64,000 nt of DNA from positions 3,306-67,305 of the forward strand of contig CAJQPE010000076.1 in the NCBI GenBank assembly GCA_905480125.1. Direction: 5' to 3'. Below the pieces are notes generated by a model. It did not search any database, was not told where the DNA came from, and saw only the letters and a program-made list of their open reading frames with translations. Source of the stretch: an uncultured Flavobacteriales bacterium. Its GTDB lineage: Bacteria; Bacteroidota; Bacteroidia; Flavobacteriales_G; NORP312. This document shows, one piece after another, positions 51,035-62,073 of the stretch. The number at the start of each line of letters is the position of its first letter. Position 1 is the first letter of the stretch. Position numbers and translations under genes: made by a program.

Positions 51035-53486
51035 CACGCTGCGAAATACTAGTTAATACTTCGTAAGGTATTGTATCTAGATCTATAGCTATATTGAGAA
51101 GAGAGTAATTTGGATCACCAAATATCACAACAGTATCACCTTCCTTACAATCAATACTTGACACATCGAGCATACACATGTCCATGCAGACATCACCAAC
51201 CACGGTTGCTGATGTTCCATTAACAATCATGTAACCATTTCCGTTTCCTAAGCTTCTCGAATACCCATCTGCATAGCCAATCGCGACAGTTGCTATTCTC
51301 ATGTTTTGGTCTGCAATTCCAGAACGATTGTAGCCTACAGTTTCGCCCTTTTTAACATTTCGTATTTGAGAAATACTAGACTTCAAAGTCCCTACTTGCT
51401 CTATGTTTCTTTGTGCTTTTGGAGTTGCGCCTATTCCATGAATTCCTATTCCTATTCGAACCATATCGTATTGTGAATCAGGAAATCTCTCAACACCAGA
51501 AGAGTTTAAAATATGCCTATCAAATTGATAAGACAAACTCGTTTCAATGCTTAGCGCCATTGCATCAAACTTGGAAAGCTGAGACATAGTGTACTCGTCA
51601 TGTTTTTTATATCCACTTCCAACTAAATGAGAAAATACCGATTGAACTTTAATAAGCGTATTATTCTCTAATACAGCTAGAAGAGCTAATAGTTCTTCCT
51701 CTTCAAAACCCAAGCGCCGCATTCCTGTATCCAACTTAATATGTATAGGGAAAACAGAGCCATCAGAAAGCAAACTTGTCTTGAGAATTCCAATGAAGTC
51801 ATTCAATAATTCTAAATTATATATTTCTGGTTCCAGCTCATATTTTATCATAGAATGAAATGCCTCCCTCTCAGGATTCATAACCATAATTGGAATCTTA
51901 ATTCCAGCTTTTCTAAGAGCAACACCTTCATCAGCATAAGCCACACCTAAATAATCCACATTGTTAAATTGCATGATACTAGCAATTTCATGAGTTCCGC
52001 TACCGTAAGAAAAGGCTTTGACCATTACCATAACTTTAGTTGATGGTTTTAGCAATGAACGGTAATAATTGAGGTTGTTTTGAATGGCCGTTAGATTAAT
52101 TTCCAAAACCGTTTCATGACTTTTCTGCTCGAGTGCCCTACTAATTTTTTCGAATTGAAATTGCCTAGATCCTTTAATCAAGATAGCCTCATTTTCAAAT
52201 TGAAGCGCGTGTAATTCTGCTAAAACATGTTCAGTTGATTCGAAAAAATGTGCATCCATCAACTCAAAACAATCTTGATTCTGTAACAGCTGATTACCTA
52301 CACCAATGATTCGCTCAATATTTTTAGATTTTACTAGCTGAGCAATTTCCTTATATAACGCACTCGAGACTTGACCAGATTCGTATATATCAGATAAAAT
52401 TAAAGCCTTCTTCGAATGCTGATGCTGTTGATTCAGTAAATCCAGAGCGATGCCCAAAGACGCAATATCAGAATTATATGAATCATTGATTAGTGTGTTT
52501 CCGTTTATTCCCGCCTTTAACTCTAATCGCATAGTTACGGCAACTAACCCAATCATCCGTTCAGCTATTAAGGAATTTTTATACCCATTTTCTAGTAGGT
52601 AAAGCCAACAATGAATTGCATTTTCTATTGAAGCGTTATCGGTAAACGGAATTTCAATTTTTATTTCATTTTTTGCATAAATTGCATCTATTTTGCTGTT
52701 TTTTCCTGTTTTTTTAACTTTTTTGACATAAAAGTCACATTTTTCATCATTTACCGACCATGAAATTTTCTTAATATTTGCAAGTTTTGAAACACCATGT
52801 GCTATCTCCGTATAATCAGAACAATAAAAAATACGCTCAGCATCCTTAGCTAAGGAAAGTTTCTCTTTTGCTTTATCAAATCTGTCTGTAAAATTTTCGT
52901 CATGTGCCTCATGTATATTCGTCAGGATAACGTCATTTGGTCTAATAATTTTCTCCAACAAGACCATCTCTCCAACTTTTGAAATCCCTGCTTCAATCAA
53001 GGCTAATTCATTATCTTTACTCATCTTCCATACTGAAAGAGGAACTCCAATTTGGGAATTGTAACTCTTTGGGCTTCTAACCACATTTAGATCGGCTTGA
53101 AGTAATTGAAACAACCATTCTTTAACAACCGTTTTCCCGTTACTTCCTGTAATACCGATAAGGGAATAATTAAACTTTTGCCGATGAATCTTTGCAACTT
53201 CTTGCAATGCAACTAATGTATCGCTAACTATAACTTGGCAACAATCATTAGGTAATTCGAGTTCTCTAGAAACCAAAAAACTTTTAAAACCTCGCTGAAC
53301 TAACTGACCAACATATTTGTGCCCGTCATGCTGATCGCCAATAATGGCAATGAAAAGTGCTGTACTTGGTTCAACTACTCTTCTGCTATCGATAAGCAAT
53401 ACACTAATATGGTTTACACTTGATGGGCCAACTATTTTTCCATTAACTAACTTGGCAATGGATGCAATATGATAGGAAACATCCAT
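51009..53486 (-). CDS. alr: Bifunctional MurF-like ligase / alanine racemase
   Basis: GITGSNGKT, SYNSQIGVP, INDSYNSD, then VMVKAFSYGSG (PLP lysine), HIKLDTGMRRLG, GYADG, CMDM, TIPYE. Confidence 0.93.
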   Translation of the reverse strand: MDVSYHIASIAKLVNGKIVGPSSVNHISVLLIDSRRVVEPSTALFIAIIGDQHDGHKYVGQLVQRGFKSFLVSRELELPNDCCQVIVSDTLVALQEVAKIHRQKFNYSLIGITGSNGKTVVKEWLFQLLQADLNVVRSPKSYNSQIGVPLSVWKMSKDNELALIEAGISKVGEMVLLEKIIRPNDVILTNIHEAHDENFTDRFDKAKEKLSLAKDAERIFYCSDYTEIAHGVSKLANIKKISWSVNDEKCDFYVKKVKKTGKNSKIDAIYAKNEIKIEIPFTDNASIENAIHCWLYLLENGYKNSLIAERMIGLVAVTMRLELKAGINGNTLINDSYNSDIASLGIALDLLNQQHQHSKKALILSDIYESGQVSSALYKEIAQLVKSKNIERIIGVGNQLLQNQDCFELMDAHFFESTEHVLAELHALQFENEAILIKGSRQFQFEKISRALEQKSHETVLEINLTAIQNNLNYYRSLLKPSTKVMVMVKAFSYGSGTHEIASIMQFNNVDYLGVAYADEGVALRKAGIKIPIMVMNPEREAFHSMIKYELEPEIYNLELLNDFIGILKTSLLSDGSVFPIHIKLDTGMRRLGFEEEELLALLAVLENNTLIKVQSVFSHLVGSGYKKHDEYTMSQLSKFDAMALSIETSLSYQFDRHILNSSGVERFPDSQYDMVRIGIGIHGIGATPKAQRNIEQVGTLKSSISQIRNVKKGETVGYNRSGIADQNMRIATVAIGYADGYSRSLGNGNGYMIVNGTSATVVGDVCMDMCMLDVSSIDCKEGDTVVIFGDPNYSLLNIAIDLDTIPYEVLTSISQRVKRVYFWE

Positions 53487-53487
53487 C

Positions 53488-54081
53488 CTAGGATAATTCT
53501 CTGTCTAATTCTCTATTTTTACTAAAGCAGGCTCTGCATAAAGGTTCATACTCCTCAGTTTCTCCTAGTAAAACTAAGGACTCATTTTTGCCAAAACGAT
53601 GCGAATTTTGAGCCAGATTACCACATCTCATGCATATTGCATGAACTTTTGTTACATATTCTGCTGTGGCTAGAAGACCTGGTATTGGCCCAAAAGGTTT
53701 TCCTGCATAATCCATATCCAATCCAGCAACTATGACCCGTATTCCCATATTTGCCAAATCGTTACAGACGTTTATTAACTCGTTATCAAAAAACTGTGCC
53801 TCGTCAATTCCAATAACATCAACATTTTGAGCTAATATTCTGATATTTGAAGAGGATGGAACTGGGGTAGATTTGATGGTAGTCGAATCATGAGAAACAA
53901 CTTCTTCCTCATCGTATCTAATGTCGATAGACGGTTTAAAAATCTCAACACTTTGTTTAGCGAATTCTGCTCGTTTCAATCTCCTTATTAGCTCCTCCGT
54001 TTTTCCTGAAAACATAGAGCCACAAATTACCTCAATCCAACCTTTAGAAGGAATTTCAGTAATGGAATTTTCTAAAAACAT
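53488..54081 (-). CDS. tdk: Thymidine kinase
   Basis: [27 protein letters not shown], zinc-binding CMRC/CRAC. Confidence 0.96.
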   Translation of the reverse strand: MFLENSITEIPSKGWIEVICGSMFSGKTEELIRRLKRAEFAKQSVEIFKPSIDIRYDEEEVVSHDSTTIKSTPVPSSSNIRILAQNVDVIGIDEAQFFDNELINVCNDLANMGIRVIVAGLDMDYAGKPFGPIPGLLATAEYVTKVHAICMRCGNLAQNSHRFGKNESLVLLGETEEYEPLCRACFSKNRELDRELS

Positions 54082-54161
54082 CTAGCTAATAATTCTTCTT
54101 AAGTCAACATACAAATCTAAAGAATTTGTCATTACTTTTGAGAACTTCAAAGCCGAAAATA

Positions 54162-54812
54162 ATGACCGATAAAGAAATAGAGCTAGCTCAAGAAATGTTG
54201 ATCTTAATTGACACGATAAAGAATAATACAGATTCTCTAAGTGCTGACAATAGAATTCCTAATTTACAGCTAGAAATAATTCTTTCTAAAATTGAAGAAC
54301 TTCATCAAAAGACTATCGGTCTCAAATACTTAAATCAACATGCTGATGAAGTAAGCTCATCAATATATTCTAGCCAGCAAGAAGTAGATGAACAAATATC
54401 AGCTGCAAAGACTCAAGAAATGATTGGGCAGCAGACCGCAGCTCAAAAGGAGGTTGTCATAAATATGGATCCTATAATAGAACAACCTCAAATTATTAAA
54501 CAAAAAGACATAAAAATTGAAAAAATCAAAAACGATCTTTCTGCCATTGGCGCTTCAGCAGAAGATATTGGCGAAAAGCTACAATTGCAACCCTTGGCAG
54601 ACATCAAAAGTGCCATAGGAATTAACGATAAGTTTTTATTTATCAATGAACTTTTTAGCGGAAGTTCTGGCGAATTTGAAGCAACAGTTGGCTTACTAAA
54701 TCAATTATCTTCTATGGAAGAAGCTCAACAGAGTCTCGAAAAATATGGGTGGGAAAGAGAAAATGAGACTGCGCAATCATTTATCAAATTAGTAAGTAGA
54801 AGATACCTATAA
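54162..54812 (+). CDS. Conserved hypothetical protein (Bacteroidota, IGINDKFLFINELF motif)
   Basis: Long ORF with coiled-coil N-terminus and conserved-looking C-terminus; -7 element TACTTTTG at 54133-54140 supports ATG 54162. Confidence 0.7.
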   Translation: MTDKEIELAQEMLILIDTIKNNTDSLSADNRIPNLQLEIILSKIEELHQKTIGLKYLNQHADEVSSSIYSSQQEVDEQISAAKTQEMIGQQTAAQKEVVINMDPIIEQPQIIKQKDIKIEKIKNDLSAIGASAEDIGEKLQLQPLADIKSAIGINDKFLFINELFSGSSGEFEATVGLLNQLSSMEEAQQSLEKYGWERENETAQSFIKLVSRRYL

Positions 54813-55475
54813 ATGCTCTACATCATTCCAACACCAATTGGTAATTTAAAAGACATTACTGTTCGTGCATTAGATGTTCTTAAAGAGGTTGATTTAATAT
54901 TAGCGGAAGACACCAGACAGACTAAAAAATTACTTAATCATTATGAGATTACCACCACCATTGACTCTCTTCATCAGCACAATGAGCATAAAAAAGTTGA
55001 GTCTATTGTTGATAAATTATCAGCTGGAATTACAATAGCACAAGTTAGTGATGCGGGGACTCCTGGGATTTCTGACCCAGGATTTTTATTAATTCGTGAG
55101 TGTCTTAAATATGATATTAGAGTAGAATGTTTACCCGGTGCAACGGCTTTCGTTCCCGCATTAGTTAAATCCGGATTACCTTGTGATAAGTTCGTTTTCG
55201 AAGGGTTTTTACCTCACAAAAAGGGTAGGCAAACACGATTAAAAGAGTTAGCCACTGAAACCAGAACAATCGTGTTTTATGAGTCACCATACAGACTGGT
55301 GAAAACACTTAAACAATTTGCTGAATTTATAGATCCTGAAAGACAAGTATCTGTTTCTCGCGAGCTTACCAAAATCTACGAAGAGACAAAGAATGGAACA
55401 GTCTCAGATGTTGCGGATTACTTTATGCAAAAGGGAGTAAAAGGTGAAATAGTAATCATTTTAAAAGGAGCATAA
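54813..55475 (+). CDS. rsmI: 16S rRNA (cytidine1402-2'-O)-methyltransferase
   Basis: PTPIGNL.DIT.RA, AEDTR, SDAGTPGISDPG, FYESPYR, RELTK.YEE. Confidence 0.96.
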   Translation: MLYIIPTPIGNLKDITVRALDVLKEVDLILAEDTRQTKKLLNHYEITTTIDSLHQHNEHKKVESIVDKLSAGITIAQVSDAGTPGISDPGFLLIRECLKYDIRVECLPGATAFVPALVKSGLPCDKFVFEGFLPHKKGRQTRLKELATETRTIVFYESPYRLVKTLKQFAEFIDPERQVSVSRELTKIYEETKNGTVSDVADYFMQKGVKGEIVIILKGA

Positions 55476-56485
55476 TGAAAGTAATACAACTTGTAAAAAA
55501 CGGTAGCGCATCTTCGGCATTCGAGGTGAAAGATATTGAAAAACCATCACCAAAATCTGAGGAAGTACTAATTAAAGTTGCAGCTTTCGGGTTAAATTAT
55601 GCAGATGTAATGGCAAGAAATGGTCTATATGCTGATGCCCCGCCTCTTCCTTCAGTTTTGGGATATGAAGCTGTAGGAACAATTAACAAGCTTGGAGCGA
55701 ATGTTCAAGGTTTTGAAATTGGACAAAAAGTAGTCGCCTTTACTCGATTTGGAGCTTATGCTGAATATTGCATTGCAGATCACAGGGCCATTGCCATTCT
55801 TCCAGAAACCATATCTAATGGGGAAGCTGTAGCTCTTGCCACGCAATATTGTACTGCGTATTTCTCTGCCCTTGAAATGGTTAATTTGCACGAAGGCGAT
55901 AACATATTAATTCATGCTGCTGCTGGCGGCGTTGGTACCGCTTTAATCCAGTTAGCAAAAGAAAAAAGCTGTAATATTTATGGCACAGCAGGGTCTCAAC
56001 ACAAATTGGATTATCTCAAACAACAAGGTGTCGATTTCCCAATAAACTATAGAAAAGAGGACTTTGCTGAGCACATTCAAAAGCTAAATGTAAGTATGGA
56101 TGTCATTTTCGATCCAGTTGGTGGCTCTTCTTTTAAACGTGACAAAACAATTCTCGCTCATGGTGGCAGAATAATTTGTTTTGGTGGATCTGAGCGTTCT
56201 TCTGGAAGTATAATTCAAACACTTAAGTTTGTTCTAGGTTTTGGCTTTATGTCTCCCATTGGTTTATTAATGAAGTCGCAAGGAGTAATCGGAGTAAATA
56301 TGCTTCGTATTGCAGACCACAAACCAAAAGTTTTACAGCGCATAATAAAAAGCGTAATAGCACTATTTAATCAAGGAAAAATTAAACCACACGTTGGGGG
56401 AAGTTTTAAAGCAGATAAAATTGCAGAAGCCCACGACTTTTTAGAGAACAGAAAATCGATGGGTAAGATTGTCGTTGAGTGGTAA
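55475..56485 (+). CDS. MDR-family NAD(P)H:quinone oxidoreductase (VAT-1-like)
   Basis: GLNYADVMARNGLY..PPLP..LGYE, IHAAAGGVG, GKIVV. Confidence 0.88.
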   Translation: MKVIQLVKNGSASSAFEVKDIEKPSPKSEEVLIKVAAFGLNYADVMARNGLYADAPPLPSVLGYEAVGTINKLGANVQGFEIGQKVVAFTRFGAYAEYCIADHRAIAILPETISNGEAVALATQYCTAYFSALEMVNLHEGDNILIHAAAGGVGTALIQLAKEKSCNIYGTAGSQHKLDYLKQQGVDFPINYRKEDFAEHIQKLNVSMDVIFDPVGGSSFKRDKTILAHGGRIICFGGSERSSGSIIQTLKFVLGFGFMSPIGLLMKSQGVIGVNMLRIADHKPKVLQRIIKSVIALFNQGKIKPHVGGSFKADKIAEAHDFLENRKSMGKIVVEW

Positions 56486-56503
56486 TACACTAGCTTTGCA
56501 ATT

Positions 56504-57595
56504 ATGGATTTTAGTAAAATAAAAGATTGGAATAATTTCAAAACACGTCCATTTTTAATTAGTGGTCCATGCAGCGCTGAGACTGAAGAGCAAATGCAAA
56601 CCACTTGTCAGCAGCTCGCTCAATCAGGAAAAGTAAATGTATTGCGTGCCGGGATTTGGAAACCGAGAACTCGTCCAAACGCTTTTGAAGGGGTTGGTAA
56701 AGAGGCCCTTGTTTGGCTTAAGCAAGCTGGAATTGACAACAAGTTACCTGTTGCAACTGAAGTAGCTAATGCCCAACATGTAGAAGCTTGTCTAAAAGCA
56801 GAAGTTGATATTTTATGGATAGGGGCCAGAACAACTGTAAACCCATTTTCAGTCCAAGAAGTGGCAGACGCACTTAAAGGCGTTGATATTCCTATATTGG
56901 TTAAAAACCCAGTTAATCCAGATTTACAACTATGGATAGGAGCTTTAGAAAGGATTCATCAAGCTGGTATTACAAAACTAGGGGCTATTCATCGAGGTTT
57001 TTCTTCGTTTCAAAAAACGGCTTATCGCAATGTTCCCAAATGGGAAATCCCTATCGAATTAAAAGCAACATTTCCTGAGATTGACATAATTTGTGACCCG
57101 AGTCATATTGCTGGAAACCGTTCACTACTGGCAACCGTAGCACAAAAGGCAATGGACTTAGAGATGACTGGCTTAATGATTGAGTCACATATTAATCCTG
57201 ATGAAGCTTGGAGTGATGCGAAGCAACAAATCAACCCAAAAAGTCTTAATGAACTAGTTGAAAATTTAACGATACGGTCAACCGAAGCTTCATCATTTGA
57301 AACTTCAAGTGAATTAACGGCTTTTCGAAAAATCATCGATGAAATTGACGAGTCGCTCATTCAAACCTTGGTGAGTAGAATGGCATTATCTGAAAAAATT
57401 GGTCAGTATAAGTTAGACAATAATGTTACTATTCTTCAAATAAAGCGTTGGGAAGAAATAAAGAAAACTAGAATGGAACATGGTCAGAGCGAGGGATTAA
57501 ATAATGAATTCGTAAAAAATTTACTCCAATTAATTCATAAAGAATCTATTCGTCAACAAACAGATGTAATGAATAAATCTGTTACAGTTGGGTAA
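56504..57595 (+). CDS. Bifunctional DAHP synthase (I-beta) / chorismate mutase
   Basis: GPCSAETEEQ, RAGIWKPRTRP, WIGARTTVNPF, CDPSH, AWSDAKQQ, C-terminal AroQ domain; -7 element TAGCTTTG at 56491-56498. Confidence 0.92.
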   Translation: MDFSKIKDWNNFKTRPFLISGPCSAETEEQMQTTCQQLAQSGKVNVLRAGIWKPRTRPNAFEGVGKEALVWLKQAGIDNKLPVATEVANAQHVEACLKAEVDILWIGARTTVNPFSVQEVADALKGVDIPILVKNPVNPDLQLWIGALERIHQAGITKLGAIHRGFSSFQKTAYRNVPKWEIPIELKATFPEIDIICDPSHIAGNRSLLATVAQKAMDLEMTGLMIESHINPDEAWSDAKQQINPKSLNELVENLTIRSTEASSFETSSELTAFRKIIDEIDESLIQTLVSRMALSEKIGQYKLDNNVTILQIKRWEEIKKTRMEHGQSEGLNNEFVKNLLQLIHKESIRQQTDVMNKSVTVG

Positions 57596-59312
57596 GAATA
57601 TTAGATGGGATATCAAGTCTGTTGAAGACGAAAAAACTGCCTTAGAACTTGCAAAAGAGCTCACAATATCTAACTCGCTAGCATCAATACTTGTTCAGCG
57701 AAAAATTGACACTTTTGACAAGGCAAAAAAATATTTTAGACCAAGCTTAGATGACATTCATGATCCTTTTTTGATGAAGGATATGGATAAAGCAATAGAG
57801 AGGATTGAACGAGCACTTGGTCAAGGTGAACGAATTCTTGTTTATGGGGATTATGATGTAGATGGAACAACAGCGGTATCTCTAGTTTACTCATTTTTGG
57901 CGAAATTCACCGATAATATTGATTATTACATTCCTGACCGATACACAGAGGGTTATGGTATATCCTATAAAGGAATTGATTACGCTTGCAAAAATGAAAT
58001 CTCGTTAATCATTGCCCTAGACTGCGGTATAAAAGCAAATGACAAAGTTGATTACGCAAATGAAAAAAATATTGACTTTATAATTTGTGATCACCACCGC
58101 CCTAGTGAAAACCTTCCCTCTGCTATAGCGATTCTAGACCCAAAAAGAAATGACTGCGACTACCCTTATGACGAACTTTGTGGTTGTGGAATTGGCTTTA
58201 AACTTATTCAAGCTTTTTCTCAAAAAAATGATTTTCCCTTCGATGATTTACTGCAATATTTAGATTTAGTAGCAATAAGTATTGGGTGCGATATTGTTCC
58301 TGTTACTGGAGAAAATAGAATTTTGGCCTATTATGGTTTAAAGCAAGTAAACCTGAGTAAAAGAACTGGTATTCGTTGTATGCTAGAACTGTTAGAGTTA
58401 AAAAAAGACCTAACAATAACCGATTTGGTGTTTGTAATCGGACCTAGAATAAACGCTGCTGGCAGAATTGACCATGCTAAAAAAGCCGTTCAATTACTCA
58501 TTTCCGACACTGAAGATACCGCTTTTGAAATTAGTAAAAGAATTAATGAAGATAATAAAAATCGAAGGGAGTTAGATAAAGCAATTACACAAGAAGCACT
58601 TGGAATGATTGAAGATGTTAATTTCCTTAAAGATTCTAAATCATTCGTTCTGCATAGCTCAAATTGGCATAAAGGTGTTGTTGGGATTGTGGCTTCAAGA
58701 GTTATTGAGACTTATTACCGCCCAACAATAATTCTTACTAGCGATGGCGCAACTGCATCTGGAAGTGCAAGGTCTGTAAAAGGTTTTGATATATACAAAG
58801 CCATTAGTGCTTGTCAAAATATGATAACACAATTTGGTGGACATAAATATGCTGCAGGACTAACCCTGCCGACTGAAAATATTAATAGATTTCGTGAAAA
58901 ATTTGAAGAGGCGGTATCTAGGACGATTACGAAAGAGCAGCTGACCCCAAATATTGAAATTGATGCAAAACTTACCCTTACCGAAATAACAGCAAAATTC
59001 TACAGAATTCTCGAACAACTTGCTCCTTTTGGACCTCAAAACATGAGACCTGTGTTTGTAACAGTCGGTGTATTAGATACTGGTTATTCAAAAACTGTTG
59101 GCACAGAAGATTTACATCTCAAATTAAGTGTCTATCAAAAGGGTAATACTAACTTTAAACTGAATGGTATCGCATTTAATATGGGATATCATTATGCCAA
59201 AATTTCTCAGGGAATACCGTTTGATATTGTTTACAGCATTGAAGAAAACAATTGGAGAGGAAATGTATCAATTCAGCTAAAAATTAAAGATATTCGATTT
59301 TCCTCTAATTAG
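57588..59312 (+). CDS. recJ: Single-stranded-DNA-specific exonuclease RecJ
   Basis: YGDYDVDG, DCG, DHH, PRINAAGR, GSARS, FGGHKYAAGL, PFG. Confidence 0.96.
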   Translation: MGKNIRWDIKSVEDEKTALELAKELTISNSLASILVQRKIDTFDKAKKYFRPSLDDIHDPFLMKDMDKAIERIERALGQGERILVYGDYDVDGTTAVSLVYSFLAKFTDNIDYYIPDRYTEGYGISYKGIDYACKNEISLIIALDCGIKANDKVDYANEKNIDFIICDHHRPSENLPSAIAILDPKRNDCDYPYDELCGCGIGFKLIQAFSQKNDFPFDDLLQYLDLVAISIGCDIVPVTGENRILAYYGLKQVNLSKRTGIRCMLELLELKKDLTITDLVFVIGPRINAAGRIDHAKKAVQLLISDTEDTAFEISKRINEDNKNRRELDKAITQEALGMIEDVNFLKDSKSFVLHSSNWHKGVVGIVASRVIETYYRPTIILTSDGATASGSARSVKGFDIYKAISACQNMITQFGGHKYAAGLTLPTENINRFREKFEEAVSRTITKEQLTPNIEIDAKLTLTEITAKFYRILEQLAPFGPQNMRPVFVTVGVLDTGYSKTVGTEDLHLKLSVYQKGNTNFKLNGIAFNMGYHYAKISQGIPFDIVYSIEENNWRGNVSIQLKIKDIRFSSN

Positions 59313-59727
59313 TTAGGTTTTTATAAATCTTTATAGAACTAAATTCAATCCAAACATTTTTAGAAAGCTTCACTTTTAACAACGCATATTTAAGGCCACT
59401 AAAACATAAAAACCATTCATAATAGATGCTTGAGTGCCCATTATTAATGAAACTTTATCAAGCTTAATTTAGATGAAATATCTGGAAACCGTAAAGATGA
59501 CGAAAACAATGGAGACATTGAACTTATTAAAATTCAGAATTTTCTTGGCAATTCAAAAAGCGAGAATATTAATGAAATAAATCTAGCAACAGCAAGAATA
59601 TTCAGGAATTATAGCTGGCAATTTAAAGGTAAGGCTGCCTCTGAAATCGATAGTCAAACTTTTTGATTTATCCTTTAGAGCAAACTGGTGTAAGATGCAA
59701 TTAGGAATAAATAACAGAAGAAAAATT

Positions 59728-61662
59728 TTAATTGACTACTATTCTGCCCATAGAAGCGGAAAGTTTCTTTTTTAAATCTGTCAATCTCTTTTGCTCTTTA
59801 AGCAGATCTATTATTGCAGCAGAATTACTAGAGACACTTTTTAATTTTTCTTGATTCTCATGCCACATCATCCTAACGCGCTTTTCCAGATAAGAATGCA
59901 GAGCACCTTCTACTGCGCGTTTTAATTTATGCTCCTCCGTTTCAACATCAATTAATTTCGACTTCCAATCGTGTAATTCATATTTACTAGTAACCAGATC
60001 TATTGCCAAAGCTCTAACTTCTGGCGTATGGTGATTCAAAAAGTGCTGTTGAGACAGAATAGTCTCATCTTCCAGAGCCTGATTATATTCTTGAATAATT
60101 ATCCTACACCATTCATTGGTCATTTCAATATCGTCTTGCTGAAGTTTATAGACCAAGAAGGCAACAATAGCAACATTTTGATCTTCTTCACCAACTTTAA
60201 ATGTTATGGTCTTGTCACTATATATTAGTAAAAGTCGAATAATATTTCGTTCTTGTATATCAAGCGTATCAGTTAACTTTGGTATAGATTTCTCCTGTTG
60301 AAAGGGGACGACAGGTATTTGATTTTGCGGAACTGCTCCTTGCTTTTTGCTGTTATATTGTTTCTTGCGAATTACTTTATTGAGTTCAATAATCAATAAA
60401 CTTTCTTCTATATCCAATAAACGACTACATTCCTTAATATAAACCGAACGAGAAATATCATCTGGTATGAGTGCAATAGAATCAACAATGTCATGAATTA
60501 GCTTCGCCTTTTTGATTGGATCACCTTCTGTTTCGGCATAAAGTAAATCTGTTTTAAAAACTATGAAGTCTTTCGCTTTGTCTTTAACAAAATCTTCTAG
60601 CTCGCCGGGAACAGAATTTTTAGCAAACGAATCAGGGTCTTCCCCATCTGGAAACAACACAACTTTTACGTTCATGCCTTGTTCTAGAATCAAGTCGATT
60701 CCTCTAAAAGATGCTTTGATACCTGCGGCATCACCATCATAAAGAATTGTAATATTCTTGGTAAATCGACTAATTAATGCTATTTGCTGAACCGTAAGCG
60801 AAGTCCCCGAAGAAGAAACAACGTTCTGCACTCCTGCCTGAAACATTGAAATAACATCTGTATAACCCTCAACTAAAAAGCAATTATCATTTTGAATGAT
60901 AGACTTTTTAGCTGTATACAACCCATATAAAACACGGCTCTTATCATAAATCGCATTCTGTGGAGAGTTTACATATTTAGGTGTTTTTTTATCGGTTCGA
61001 AGAGTTCTCCCTCCAAAACCAATTGGTCGTCCGGAAAGATTGTGAATCGGGAATATTACGCGGCCACGGTAACCATCATATTGTTTGCCATTCTTCTCTT
61101 TAGTCAGGCCCGAATCAACCAAGAAACTTTGCTTATATCCATTTGTGGTTGCTGCTGAAGTAAATGCTTCAAAACTATCGATTGCATATCCTAATTTAAA
61201 TTTACCGATTGTTTCATCAGAAAAACCACGCTCTTTAAAATAGCTCAACCCAATTGCTTTTCCTTCGTTTGAATCAAGCAGATTATCGACAAAATGTTTT
61301 TCAGCATAATTTGCAACAACATATAGGCTCTCTTTCTCACTCTGTTCTTTAACCATTTCAGGAGTTACCTCCTCTTCTTCTACCTCAATACCATATTTAT
61401 TTGCCAAATACCGCAGAGCCTCTGGATAGGTATAGTGCTCATGCGCCATGATAAAGTTTACAGAGTTACCTCCTTCTCCACAACCAAAACATTTGTAAAT
61501 ACCCTTAGCTGGAGACACCGTAAAAGAAGGAGTTTTTTCATCATGAAAGGGGCAATTACCTAAAAGATTCACTCCTCTCTTTTTAAGACTTACAAAATCT
61601 CCTACAACTTCCTCAATCCTGGCGGATTCAAAAATATCGTCTATAGTATCCTTTGGTATCAA
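59728..61662 (-). CDS. dnaG: DNA primase
   Basis: CPFHDEKTPSF, KCFGC, FGGR, KYVNSP, VEGYTD, YDGDAAG, DPD; TTG start. Confidence 0.97.
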   Translation of the reverse strand: MIPKDTIDDIFESARIEEVVGDFVSLKKRGVNLLGNCPFHDEKTPSFTVSPAKGIYKCFGCGEGGNSVNFIMAHEHYTYPEALRYLANKYGIEVEEEEVTPEMVKEQSEKESLYVVANYAEKHFVDNLLDSNEGKAIGLSYFKERGFSDETIGKFKLGYAIDSFEAFTSAATTNGYKQSFLVDSGLTKEKNGKQYDGYRGRVIFPIHNLSGRPIGFGGRTLRTDKKTPKYVNSPQNAIYDKSRVLYGLYTAKKSIIQNDNCFLVEGYTDVISMFQAGVQNVVSSSGTSLTVQQIALISRFTKNITILYDGDAAGIKASFRGIDLILEQGMNVKVVLFPDGEDPDSFAKNSVPGELEDFVKDKAKDFIVFKTDLLYAETEGDPIKKAKLIHDIVDSIALIPDDISRSVYIKECSRLLDIEESLLIIELNKVIRKKQYNSKKQGAVPQNQIPVVPFQQEKSIPKLTDTLDIQERNIIRLLLIYSDKTITFKVGEEDQNVAIVAFLVYKLQQDDIEMTNEWCRIIIQEYNQALEDETILSQQHFLNHHTPEVRALAIDLVTSKYELHDWKSKLIDVETEEHKLKRAVEGALHSYLEKRVRMMWHENQEKLKSVSSNSAAIIDLLKEQKRLTDLKKKLSASMGRIVVN

Positions 61663-62073
61663 TTAGTAATCTTTCTCATTGTCAATTGAACCATCTCCAT
61701 TATAAAAAATCCAATGACCTGCTTGATTATCATCTGCATAATTTCCTTGGTAGCGCTTGTTTCCATTTTCGAAATAAGTAACGATATTTCCATTTCTTAT
61801 CCCAGAAGAATATTCGCACTCACTCCATTTATTGCCGTTTTCGTAGTAATAAATCCATTTACCGCTTCGTTTAGCATTTGCATCAAATTGACCCGTAACT
61901 TCAACTTGGCCGCCTAAATAATAACTCTTTTGCCCCACAACTTTTCCATCGGAGCCCTCGTATATCATCACAATTTTTTTGTTGCCGTTCGGGTATGTTT
62001 GTTCAACTACTTCTTCTCTATTTCCACATGAGAATAATAACATAGCTGAACACAGAACAAATAACCTTTTCAT
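61663..62073 (-). CDS. MORN-variant repeat lipoprotein (YwqK-like)
   Basis: Lipobox LFSC; repeats Y.NG...G...G.W..YYENG; -7 element TAAATTTG at 62093-62100. Confidence 0.8.
   Translation of the reverse strand: MKRLFVLCSAMLLFSCGNREEVVEQTYPNGNKKIVMIYEGSDGKVVGQKSYYLGGQVEVTGQFDANAKRSGKWIYYYENGNKWSECEYSSGIRNGNIVTYFENGNKRYQGNYADDNQAGHWIFYNGDGSIDNEKDY

Noticed and set aside
51009-53486. MurF-alanine racemase fusion as a novelty
   Set aside because: Well-known architecture in Bacteroidota.
56504-57595. DAHP synthase-chorismate mutase fusion as a novelty
   Set aside because: Common and characterised in Bacteroidota.
61663-62073. YwqJK-like toxin-antitoxin system
   Set aside because: The MORN-variant protein has a lipoprotein signal and there is no adjacent toxin gene.
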